NCBI GenBank assembly: GCA_964441955.1
Contig: CAYTWA010000007.1
Span: 71,555 to 135,554 of the forward strand
Length of the DNA: 64,000 bases
Direction of reading: 5' to 3'
DNA from: an uncultured Elusimicrobia bacterium
Lineage (GTDB): Bacteria > Elusimicrobiota > Elusimicrobia > 2-01-FULL-59-12
The notes below the pieces were generated by a model. That model made no database searches and was not told the origin of the DNA. It saw only the letters and a program-made list of their open reading frames with translations. Shown piece by piece: positions 46,911-54,779 of this stretch (the stretch's first letter is position 1; every line of letters begins with the position of its first letter). Position numbers and translations under genes: made by a program.

Positions 46911-46926
46911 AGATATGACGCGCGTC
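46911..46926. promoter_or_regulatory. Perfect 16-bp palindrome TATGACGCGCGTCATA, ~38 bp upstream of the yceI-like start
   Basis: Verified. A nearby inverted repeat TTCACCA-gaa-TGGTGAA lies at 46613..46629. Confidence 0.5.
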
Positions 46927-46963
46927 ATAGTGCGCGCATGCGTCTCCTGTTACCCTAAACCCC

Positions 46964-47593
46964 GTGAAAAACTTTTTTCTACTTTTAACGGGATTGGTCT
47001 TAACAGGGGTGTCCTCGGCCGTGGCCGCCGACACGCTGTTTTACACGTTGGGGCTTCGGCCGGATAGCCGTCTTTACTTAACCGGAGACTCCACTCTTCA
47101 TCCGTACGGCAGTACGTCGACCCTCACCCAGGTGACGGCGGTTTTAAGTTCGGTGTCGACATCAACCGCCTTAATGGATGTGGCGCGGCAGGCTCCGTTT
47201 CAAAAATTTGAAGTCACGGTCCCCGTTCAGGGCCTTAAATCCGGCGATTCGGGGTTAGATAAAAACTTATACAAAGCCATGAAGGTTACGCAATATCCAG
47301 AGATCTATTTTGTCTTAGACCATTATGAAAAACAGCCGGAAATTCCCGATAGTCCCCTGTCATTTAAAGCCTCCGGCCGCCTCACCATAGCGGGGGTTCA
47401 CAAAGACATCGTCTTAACTGGCAAAGCGCAGCCCCATAACGGCGTTCTCCTCGTGGAAGGCCAGTATGACCTGCGCATGTCGGACTACGGTATTAAGCCG
47501 CCGACTTTACTGCTCGGTGCCATTCGTGTCGCAGACCCCGTGGTTATCCATTTCCATTTACTTTTCGAACTCATTAAAGGAGCGACAGAATGA
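46964..47593 (+). CDS. YceI-family periplasmic (polyisoprenoid-binding) protein
   Basis: Signal peptide and a YceI-like beta-barrel sequence '..VTQYPEIYF..GRLTIAGVHKDIVL..'. Confidence 0.7.
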   Translation: MKNFFLLLTGLVLTGVSSAVAADTLFYTLGLRPDSRLYLTGDSTLHPYGSTSTLTQVTAVLSSVSTSTALMDVARQAPFQKFEVTVPVQGLKSGDSGLDKNLYKAMKVTQYPEIYFVLDHYEKQPEIPDSPLSFKASGRLTIAGVHKDIVLTGKAQPHNGVLLVEGQYDLRMSDYGIKPPTLLLGAIRVADPVVIHFHLLFELIKGATE

Positions 47594-48915
47594 AAAGAAT
47601 ACCGTCGTACCTCATCCTCGGTGCACTGTTGGGGGGCTTGGCGTCTTCTGGCTTTTCGATGGGCATCGACGTCGTCAACAACGACAAGTTAAGCCTCGTC
47701 ATCGGGGGCCGCATTCAAGTCGTCGGTTATGGGCAGCAGGTTAAAGACCCCGCGCTGGCCGACTCGCGGATATTTCTCTTCATGAAGCAGGCGCGCTTAA
47801 ATGTCCATGGGCAGGTCGAAGGCATTAAGTACAACACCGAATGGGTGGGAGCCGCCGAAGACGTCAACGGGTCGAATGCGGGGCTGACGCTGCTGGACTA
47901 TATGTTTGATGTTCCGGTTTACCGGACCGAGTCCACGTGGTTTCGTATCGGGCAATTTAAAGTTCCTTACGGCCGCGAAAACATTGCCGATGAAGCCCAA
48001 TTCCAATTCGTCGATAACTCACTTCTTTTCAAGGGGTTCAACCTAGGAAGGGATTTGGGTGCTGTCATCCACACGTACAAAGGGACCTTCGCGGGTGCCT
48101 TCGGCGCTTTTACAGGGGGTTCGCGCGACGTTCCTCTGCGCTTCTTGCCTGAACAGCTGGGCGTTCCCATGCTGGTGGCGCGAGTGGGATACAACGATGG
48201 TTTGGATAAAGACATTTTTACGGTGGCTCAGAATGACTTAAGCCCCACGCGGACAACCAAGGCGACGTACTTAAACGCCATGTACTTTAAAGACACGCTG
48301 ATTGGACACTCCACCGTCTTAGCGGCGCGAACATCCGAAAAGTCGTGGCTGTTAAACCCCAATTGGAACCCCTACATTGTGCGTGGGGCGCCGGTCGCCG
48401 GCACGCCCGCGACCGCAAGCCGCTTAGACCGCGGGCAATTCTTCCAGATGGGTTGGGATGCCGCGGCGCGCGGCACGTTGGAGGGTGGATGGGTTTGGTC
48501 GTCTGAAGCGCAAATCGACCATGGTCAATACGCAAACGACTACGGGAAAATTGACTTAACCGGCGCTCGGGTCCAAGCCGGTTTGCTTAAAAACAAGACC
48601 GAAGTTGCTTTGCGCTATTCGATTGTGCTGCCGGACGACACGTTTGCGGCCACCTACGGAGGACGGCGCACGACGGGTTCCTCTCCCATTCATGAAGTGG
48701 TGCCGGCGGTGACCTATTATGTGCGTGGGCATGATTTCAAAGTAGTGCTGGATGCGCCCGTCTTAATCGACGTGCCGGTTTTTGTTGAAAACCGCGTGGG
48801 CAGTTACGTGTCGACCGAACAGCCTGACCAATCTACGCTCAATACGGGGGTTAAAGGGTATATGGAGCGGCAAACGGTTCCCGAAGTGCGTGTGATGTTT
48901 CAACTCGCCTTCTAA
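47590..48915 (+). CDS. Outer-membrane porin (phosphate-selective porin O/P-like)
   Basis: Signal peptide, beta-strand periodicity and C-terminal 'VMFQLAF'. Overlaps the yceI stop. Confidence 0.55.
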   Translation: MKRIPSYLILGALLGGLASSGFSMGIDVVNNDKLSLVIGGRIQVVGYGQQVKDPALADSRIFLFMKQARLNVHGQVEGIKYNTEWVGAAEDVNGSNAGLTLLDYMFDVPVYRTESTWFRIGQFKVPYGRENIADEAQFQFVDNSLLFKGFNLGRDLGAVIHTYKGTFAGAFGAFTGGSRDVPLRFLPEQLGVPMLVARVGYNDGLDKDIFTVAQNDLSPTRTTKATYLNAMYFKDTLIGHSTVLAARTSEKSWLLNPNWNPYIVRGAPVAGTPATASRLDRGQFFQMGWDAAARGTLEGGWVWSSEAQIDHGQYANDYGKIDLTGARVQAGLLKNKTEVALRYSIVLPDDTFAATYGGRRTTGSSPIHEVVPAVTYYVRGHDFKVVLDAPVLIDVPVFVENRVGSYVSTEQPDQSTLNTGVKGYMERQTVPEVRVMFQLAF

Positions 48916-48940
48916 ATTAAAACTCGTGCGTCGTTGGGTC

Positions 48941-49519
48941 ATGATGGCGCGGCCGGCCCTGGTGGTGCTCCTGTCTTTTTCTAGAGCCGCCAGGGCCGCA
49001 GACGTTTATCTGACCTTAAATGCGCAGGGTCAGGGGACCTACGTGGTCGAGGCGCGCTTTTGGACCGCAAGCGACCTACCGGGGGTGTGGGGGGTGCTCA
49101 CCGATTATACCCGCCTTCCCACATTTATCCCCTCGCTAAAAGAAAGCGAGCTTCAGCACAAAACCACGGACTTTCTTGTCCTTAAACAAGAGGCCGTGGG
49201 GCGCGCTTTGGGGGTTTTTAACCGGCACCTGCACGTGCGGCTTCACATCACGGAAAAAGAGAACAGGGAAATTACCTTCAAGGACACGGCGCGCCGAGAT
49301 TTTGTCTCATATTATGGGTCTTGGCAGATAGACCCCGCCTTAGAGGGGGGCACCTGGGTGACCTATCACCTCATCGCGCAGCCCGCCTTTTATGCGCCGT
49401 CTTTTATCGCCCGAAAATCCTTTCGAACCAATGCCAAAGAGCTTCTGATGTCCGTAGAAGCCGAAATCGCCCGCCGGGAACATCTCAAGAGTAAACTTCT
49501 ATGCTGTTCCAAAGATTAG
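48941..49519 (+). CDS. Secreted SRPBCC (START/polyketide-cyclase-like) lipid-binding protein; alternative GTG start at 48926
   Basis: Signal peptide and SRPBCC-like length and pattern. Confidence 0.4.
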   Translation: MMARPALVVLLSFSRAARAADVYLTLNAQGQGTYVVEARFWTASDLPGVWGVLTDYTRLPTFIPSLKESELQHKTTDFLVLKQEAVGRALGVFNRHLHVRLHITEKENREITFKDTARRDFVSYYGSWQIDPALEGGTWVTYHLIAQPAFYAPSFIARKSFRTNAKELLMSVEAEIARREHLKSKLLCCSKD

Positions 49520-50055
49520 CTGCCGCGGTCTTTTTGATGGTATTTCTGCCGCTCTTTGGCTGGGCCGCTCAAAACGCGGAAAGGGCGCGACAGTTTATCG
49601 TCATGGGTTATCAAGGCTTGGTCCAAGAAGTCGCTGAAAACCGGCGAGGGGCGTATCTCAACACGCTAATCGATTTGTTGAAGATTCCATCCGATCAACA
49701 ACCCCAGGCCATCGAGAAAATTGAAGTAGCCGCCAAAGCCTATCCGAACATCATGGATTTTGCGGATCATGTGCTGGCGCAGGAGCCTCTGCTTGGAGTC
49801 TTGAACTCCACGGCAGCTGTTTCAGCAGCCATCCCCGCTCTCCCGGCTAGTGCCACCTTTTATACGGGACCCGGTCTCGAAAACGCCCTTAAGCATTTGG
49901 CTAAAGGAATGAGCGTCACGGTGTATACGAAGTCCGATGAAACTGTAAAAGGAAAAGTGGCTGACTACGATTCCCGCCGTTTATGGCTTAGAACACCGGC
50001 CATGAAATCCTTCAGGCTTCAAGACATCCAAGCCCTTGAGGCTCCGGACCTTTAA
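49501..50055 (+). CDS. Hypothetical secreted protein
   Basis: Signal peptide 'AAVFLMVFLPLFGWAAQ'. Overlaps the upstream gene. Confidence 0.35.
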   Translation: MLFQRLAAAVFLMVFLPLFGWAAQNAERARQFIVMGYQGLVQEVAENRRGAYLNTLIDLLKIPSDQQPQAIEKIEVAAKAYPNIMDFADHVLAQEPLLGVLNSTAAVSAAIPALPASATFYTGPGLENALKHLAKGMSVTVYTKSDETVKGKVADYDSRRLWLRTPAMKSFRLQDIQALEAPDL

Positions 50056-50726
50056 GGGTGTGGCGACGCGGCATAGGTTGGGTTTGGGTCGCGCGGGGAT
50101 GTGGCCTTTCGCGTGATGCGGTTCTGGTTTAATAATTCAGTTAGTGAGCGGGCCAGCGTACTGCGGGTGAGGTTTAAATCCACGCGCAAGGTTTTAGGGG
50201 TGGAAGGGCCGCGTGTGGTGAGATAGTCCATCACCTGCGCGTTGGTGTCTGCGACCTCTTCACTTGGGTTTAAATCCTCTTGCACTTGGCCGCGGCGCAC
50301 AGAGCGGCGGCGGATTTGGCGCAGAGCGTAGGTCCCAAAGAAAAGCCCCATCACCTGAAGTAAAATCGTCTTTAGCTCGGGCGGCATGGGCACGGTGGAG
50401 TCATGAATGCGCCACAGCACCGCCGCCGCCCAGAGCAAAAACCACAGCGTCACCAGGGGCCCGCCTTTTCGAATTCGTTCGTTCCACCCCTGGGGGTCTT
50501 GGTCTTGCCCTTGAGACCAGCGCTTAATTTCCGGTCCACCCGCGTAGGTCGCCAGAACAAAAAAATACACATCCGCCACCGCATCGGGAGAGTGAAAAGC
50601 CCCGCGAGTCACCATATAAAGCCCTATATACCCCGCCAAATAAGCCGTCATCCCAATTGCAAACGGCCGCATATAGAGGCTGCCATCGGAGGAGGGCTGA
50701 AGGGGGGTGTTTTCCAACTGACTCAT
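50052..50726 (-). CDS. Membrane-anchored winged-helix protein, paralog 2
   Basis: Same architecture as 28878..29549 and ~45% identity to it ('SDGSLYMRPFA..RGAF.SPD..YAG.PEIKRW..RIRKGGP..PMPPELK..'). Confidence 0.55.
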   Translation of the reverse strand: MSQLENTPLQPSSDGSLYMRPFAIGMTAYLAGYIGLYMVTRGAFHSPDAVADVYFFVLATYAGGPEIKRWSQGQDQDPQGWNERIRKGGPLVTLWFLLWAAAVLWRIHDSTVPMPPELKTILLQVMGLFFGTYALRQIRRRSVRRGQVQEDLNPSEEVADTNAQVMDYLTTRGPSTPKTLRVDLNLTRSTLARSLTELLNQNRITRKATSPRDPNPTYAASPHP

Positions 50727-50747
50727 GTGCCCAAGTATAGGTAATAA

Positions 50748-50837
50748 ATGAGGCAGTCATGAGGCAGTTAGTTCCTAAGAGGGAAAACGCCGGTTTTCTG
50801 AAAATATGAGGCAGTTATGAGGCAGTTGTGAGGCAGT
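50748..50837 (+). repeat. Five direct repeats (A/G)TGAGGCAGT at 11-bp period (50748, 50759, 50806, 50817, 50828) upstream of paralog 2
   Basis: Read directly in the sequence. Confidence 0.65.
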
Positions 50838-50969
50838 AATAATCTGCTTTGGTTATGAAAACTGACACACCCCCCTAAAAACACTCAAAGGCCCACCGTA
50901 TCATTGACATTCGACCGGTAAGCCCATAGACTTCTAATCGATGCCAAACCCGCAGCGGCGAAAGCGTTC

Positions 50970-51713
50970 ATGATGTCTTTTGGCTCTATTGAAGGGTCTG
51001 TGGCTTTGCTCATTGGGGGGCCTGCTCTCTTGGGCTGGGGGCTGCGCACCTTTCAAAAAATGCGTTTTCTTCAAAACGTGCCTCGTTCAAAAGTACGCTC
51101 GGCCGCGATGGGAATTGTGGAATTACACGGCCAAGCGCGTATCGCCCAACCCCTGGTGTCCCCTGTGTCTAATCGGCCGTGCTGTTGGTGGCGCTGCCAA
51201 GAACAGGAATACCAAGTGCATGGCAAGCAATCCCGGTGGGTGACGCTCTCCGATACAAACAGCTTGAATTCTTTTTTTCTTGAAGATGAAACGGGACGCG
51301 TTCGAATAGACCCGGCCGATGCCGAGTTGCACATACCCAGCACGACGACCCCTTCCGGTTTCAATCGCCGTCATATCGAACAAATCATTTTTGAGTATTC
51401 CCCGTTATACGTCATAGGGTTTAGACGCTCGGCCCCTGGGCAGGGGGAAGACCGGATCGTCATTGGTTCGGCGCCGGGCAGCTTATATATTTTATCGACG
51501 TACGATGAAAAAAACCTTATCCTGCGTTGGAAGTGGGCCGTGCCCTCCGCCATTGGGGGAGGAATGGGCTTAACAGTTTTTGGCCTTTATCTTTCCCAGA
51601 AGGCCGATTTCCCCATTTGGCTTGCGGCCGGTGCGCTGGCTGTCGGCGCGATCGTCGCGCTAATTACAGATGCGAAAGGAGCCTTTCAATGGCGCTTATC
51701 CCGTTGGTCGTAA
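50970..51713 (+). CDS. Hypothetical membrane protein (N- and C-terminal TM), upstream partner of LemA
   Basis: ORF with TM segments at both ends. Overlaps the lemA start. Confidence 0.35.
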   Translation: MMSFGSIEGSVALLIGGPALLGWGLRTFQKMRFLQNVPRSKVRSAAMGIVELHGQARIAQPLVSPVSNRPCCWWRCQEQEYQVHGKQSRWVTLSDTNSLNSFFLEDETGRVRIDPADAELHIPSTTTPSGFNRRHIEQIIFEYSPLYVIGFRRSAPGQGEDRIVIGSAPGSLYILSTYDEKNLILRWKWAVPSAIGGGMGLTVFGLYLSQKADFPIWLAAGALAVGAIVALITDAKGAFQWRLSRWS

Positions 51714-52246
51714 TGGTGCTGGTCGTGTTGGTGGTTGGGGTTTATATCACCAGTCTTTATAACGGTTTGGTGATGCTTAAAAACAACATCGAAAAAGCCT
51801 GGTCCAATATCGACGTGCTTTTAAAACAACGCCATGATGAATTGCCCAAGCTCGTCGAAGTCTGCAAAGGGTATATGGCGCATGAAAGCGGCGCGTTGGA
51901 GAAAGTGATGAACGCTCGGCAAGGTCTTATAAGCGCCCAAGGCCCCACGGCCAAAGGCGAGGCGGAAGGTCAGCTGCAGGGCGCGCTGCGGCAGCTTTTT
52001 GCTTTGGCGGAGAGTTATCCCGATTTGAAGGCGCAGGCGTCGTTCGCGCAGCTCCAAACGCGGATTTCATCTTTGGAATCGGAAATCGCCGACCGAAGGG
52101 AGTTCTATAACGAGTCGGTGAACACCTACAATATCCGCATCGAATCGATCCCTGACACCTTTTTAGCCAAATTCCTCACCTACACTAAGAAAGAAATGTT
52201 TAAGGTCGACGTTCACGAGCGAAACGACGTGAAGATCCGCTTTTAA
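51689..52246 (+). CDS. lemA: LemA-family protein
   Basis: N-terminal TM and LemA-like sequence 'YNGLVMLKNNIEKAWSNIDVLLKQRHDELP..ESYPDLKA'. Confidence 0.75.
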   Translation: MALIPLVVMVLVVLVVGVYITSLYNGLVMLKNNIEKAWSNIDVLLKQRHDELPKLVEVCKGYMAHESGALEKVMNARQGLISAQGPTAKGEAEGQLQGALRQLFALAESYPDLKAQASFAQLQTRISSLESEIADRREFYNESVNTYNIRIESIPDTFLAKFLTYTKKEMFKVDVHERNDVKIRF

Positions 52247-52306
52247 CGGCGTTTGATGCCGAGGCAAGTAGGAATGCTATCATCCTGCTAGCATAAGGAG
52301 GATGGC

Positions 52307-52543
52307 ATGCCTAACATCTTGATTCGCAACGTTCCTCAAAAAACCATTCGATATGCCAAGCGGTTGGCGCGCCAACACCGAACCTCTCTTCAGGAAGAAA
52401 TTAGAACTTTAGTGGTTCAGGCATTGGATACTCGGATGGGGTCGTGGTCTGCCGCGGCCGATCGTATTCGGCGCCGATTTGAAAAAGAAGGAAAGCATTT
52501 TTCAAATTCAGTTGATCTGATTCGTGAAGACAGGATGCGGTAA
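52307..52543 (+). CDS. Ribbon-helix-helix antitoxin (FitA/StbC-like)
   Basis: 'MPNILIRNVPQKTIRYAKRLARQHRTSLQEEIRTLV' RHH-like. Immediately upstream of a PIN gene. Confidence 0.55.
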   Translation: MPNILIRNVPQKTIRYAKRLARQHRTSLQEEIRTLVVQALDTRMGSWSAAADRIRRRFEKEGKHFSNSVDLIREDRMR

Positions 52544-52551
52544 GGCAGCAC

Positions 52552-52998
52552 GTGCAATTGGTTTTGGACGCTTCTGTGGCGATTAAGTGGTATCTGCCAG
52601 AAGAGAACACAAAAGACGCTATCGAATTGAAAGAATGGGTCCAGCGGGGGTCGCACACATTTGTCGCGCCTTCTCTGTTTTATTCTGAATTGACTAATAT
52701 CTTGTGGAAACGTGTTGTTTTGAGACATGAAATGGATCGTCAGCGAGGGCGAGAAATTATTCATAAGGTGCTTCAAATGCCGCTTCAGGTGGTCCCTTCT
52801 CAGGACCTCATCTCTGATGCGTTTGAGATCGCCGCTCAGCACGGATGTTCCGCTTATGACGCACTTTATTTAGCCGTTTTGGCGCCGCAAGAATCCCGCT
52901 ATGTGACGGCCGATGTGGCTTTGATTCGACGAATGTCGAAAACGGGTTTGGCTTCACGCATCGTCTCGTTGGTCGAGTGGAAAAAGAGGTTATCTTAA
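52552..52998 (+). CDS. PIN-domain toxin (VapC-like), GTG start
   Basis: 'LVLDASVAIKWY' plus conserved acidic residues. Confidence 0.75.
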   Translation: MQLVLDASVAIKWYLPEENTKDAIELKEWVQRGSHTFVAPSLFYSELTNILWKRVVLRHEMDRQRGREIIHKVLQMPLQVVPSQDLISDAFEIAAQHGCSAYDALYLAVLAPQESRYVTADVALIRRMSKTGLASRIVSLVEWKKRLS

Positions 52999-53979
52999 AT
53001 GTGGATTGTGACCGGCGGGGCCGGGTTTATTGGTAGTGCAATGCTTTGGAAGCTGAATCAGGAAGGGATCGATAACATTTTGGTTGTCGACCGCCTCGAT
53101 TCTACGGATAAGTGGAAAAACCTGATCGGCAAGCGCTTCGCTGATTACTTGGAGGCCGATGATTTCGTAGCCGCCCTGGAAGCGGGGAAGCTAAGAAGTG
53201 CCAAGGGGATCATCCATTTCGGCGCTTGCTCTTCCACCACCGAGACGAACGCCTCTTTCCTCATAAAGAACAATTACGAGTACACCAAACGCTTGGCTAT
53301 TTGGGCGCTCGCCCATAAAAAGCCTTTTCTCTATGCTTCGAGCGCCGCCACGTATGGGGATGGAGCTCTGGGGTACACCACGGACGATGCCACCACAGAG
53401 AAACTACGGCCTCTCAACATGTACGGCTACTCCAAGCATCTTTTTGATTTGTGGGCCCTGCGCGAAGGGGTCGCCAAAAAACTGACGGGCATCAAGTTTT
53501 TCAACGTGTTTGGGCCGAACGAATATCACAAAGGCGATATGCGCTCCGTGGTCTGCAAAGCCTACGAGCAGATAAAAAAAGATGGAAAGATTCGTCTCTT
53601 TAAGTCCTACCGTTCGGATTATCGCGACGGCGAGCAGCAGCGCGACTTTTTCTACGTCAAAGACGCCGTCCAGGTGGTATGGGAATTGATGAAAAATAAA
53701 AACCCGCCGGCCGGCAAGCAGGGACCGGGTGGGCTTTACAATTTTGGGGCTGGCCTTGCTCGTAGCTGGAACGATTTAGCCCATGCCATCTTTCGCGCAT
53801 TAGGCAAAACCCCGAACATTGAATACATCGATATGCCCGAGACATTAAGACCGAAGTATCAGTACCATACCAAAGCGGATATGAGTTGGCGGAAATCCGG
53901 CAAGCCATTGATGAGCTTGGAAGAGGGCGTTGCCGACTACGTCCAAAACTATTTAGCGAAAGAAAACCCGTACCTATGA
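52999..53979 (+). CDS. hldD: ADP-L-glycero-D-manno-heptose 6-epimerase
   Basis: 'IVTGGAGFIGS' Rossmann motif, 'YGYSK' catalytic motif and HldD-like length. Confidence 0.85.
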   Translation: MWIVTGGAGFIGSAMLWKLNQEGIDNILVVDRLDSTDKWKNLIGKRFADYLEADDFVAALEAGKLRSAKGIIHFGACSSTTETNASFLIKNNYEYTKRLAIWALAHKKPFLYASSAATYGDGALGYTTDDATTEKLRPLNMYGYSKHLFDLWALREGVAKKLTGIKFFNVFGPNEYHKGDMRSVVCKAYEQIKKDGKIRLFKSYRSDYRDGEQQRDFFYVKDAVQVVWELMKNKNPPAGKQGPGGLYNFGAGLARSWNDLAHAIFRALGKTPNIEYIDMPETLRPKYQYHTKADMSWRKSGKPLMSLEEGVADYVQNYLAKENPYL

Positions 53980-54566
53980 AAAAACGAATGGCACGCATCA
54001 TGCGCGAAACCCGCGAGACGCAAATTGACCTCCAATTAAACTTGGATGGCACGGGGGCGTCGCGCATTTCCACGGGTGTCCGCTTTCTCGACCACATGCT
54101 GGAAGCGTTTGCCAAGCATGGACACTTTGACCTCGTTTTAAATGCCAAAGGCGACGGTATCGATGATGACCATCACTTGGTCGAAGATATTGGAATATGC
54201 CTGGGCGAAGCTATTGCCAAAGCGGTGGGGGATAAAAAGGGGACCCATCGCTACGGCAACTTTTACCTGCCGATGGACGAGAGCTTAAGTTATGTGGCCA
54301 TCGACCTCTGCAACCGCGCGTACTTCGTTTGGAAGGTGAAATGGATGAAGTCGACCATCGGCTCGTTTGACGGCGATCTTTTGGAGCATTTCTTTGAGTC
54401 TGTCGCGCAAAATGCCCGCATGAACCTGCATATGGCCTTAAAATACGGCAAGCAGCCGCATCACATCGCCGAAAGCCTATTCAAGGGTTTTGCCCGCGCC
54501 CTAGCCCAAGCCGTCTCCTACAACCCCCGCGTCAAAGGTATCCCCTCAACTAAAGGCAAGCTGTAG
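53976..54566 (+). CDS. hisB: Imidazoleglycerol-phosphate dehydratase
   Basis: 'RETRETQI..LDHML..HGHFDL..DDHH..EDIGI' IGPD motifs. Start overlaps the hldD stop. Confidence 0.85.
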   Translation: MKKRMARIMRETRETQIDLQLNLDGTGASRISTGVRFLDHMLEAFAKHGHFDLVLNAKGDGIDDDHHLVEDIGICLGEAIAKAVGDKKGTHRYGNFYLPMDESLSYVAIDLCNRAYFVWKVKWMKSTIGSFDGDLLEHFFESVAQNARMNLHMALKYGKQPHHIAESLFKGFARALAQAVSYNPRVKGIPSTKGKL

Positions 54567-54593
54567 TCTAGAGAAATCTCAAATTGTGATAGC

Positions 54594-54720
54594 CACCCGT
54601 CCGGTCGGGGGGAGGGATCGTATAAGCGCAGGCCGAACCCACTCCGTCTTTAACTTCTATTAGGAAAGGAGTGGGATGGGGCAGGCCGGAGCGTTACGAT
54701 CCCTCCCCCGACCGGCTGGT
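54594..54720 (+). other. Large imperfect palindrome/extended hairpin (ccggtcggggggagggatcgta ... tacgatccctcccccgaccgg) between hisB and sulP
   Basis: 22-nt near-perfect outer arms with partially complementary inner segments. Confidence 0.5.
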
Positions 54721-54779
54721 GACGGAGTAGGACGTGGAGTTACATGGGTTCTTTGCCTATGAACTAGAATAAAAGACCG

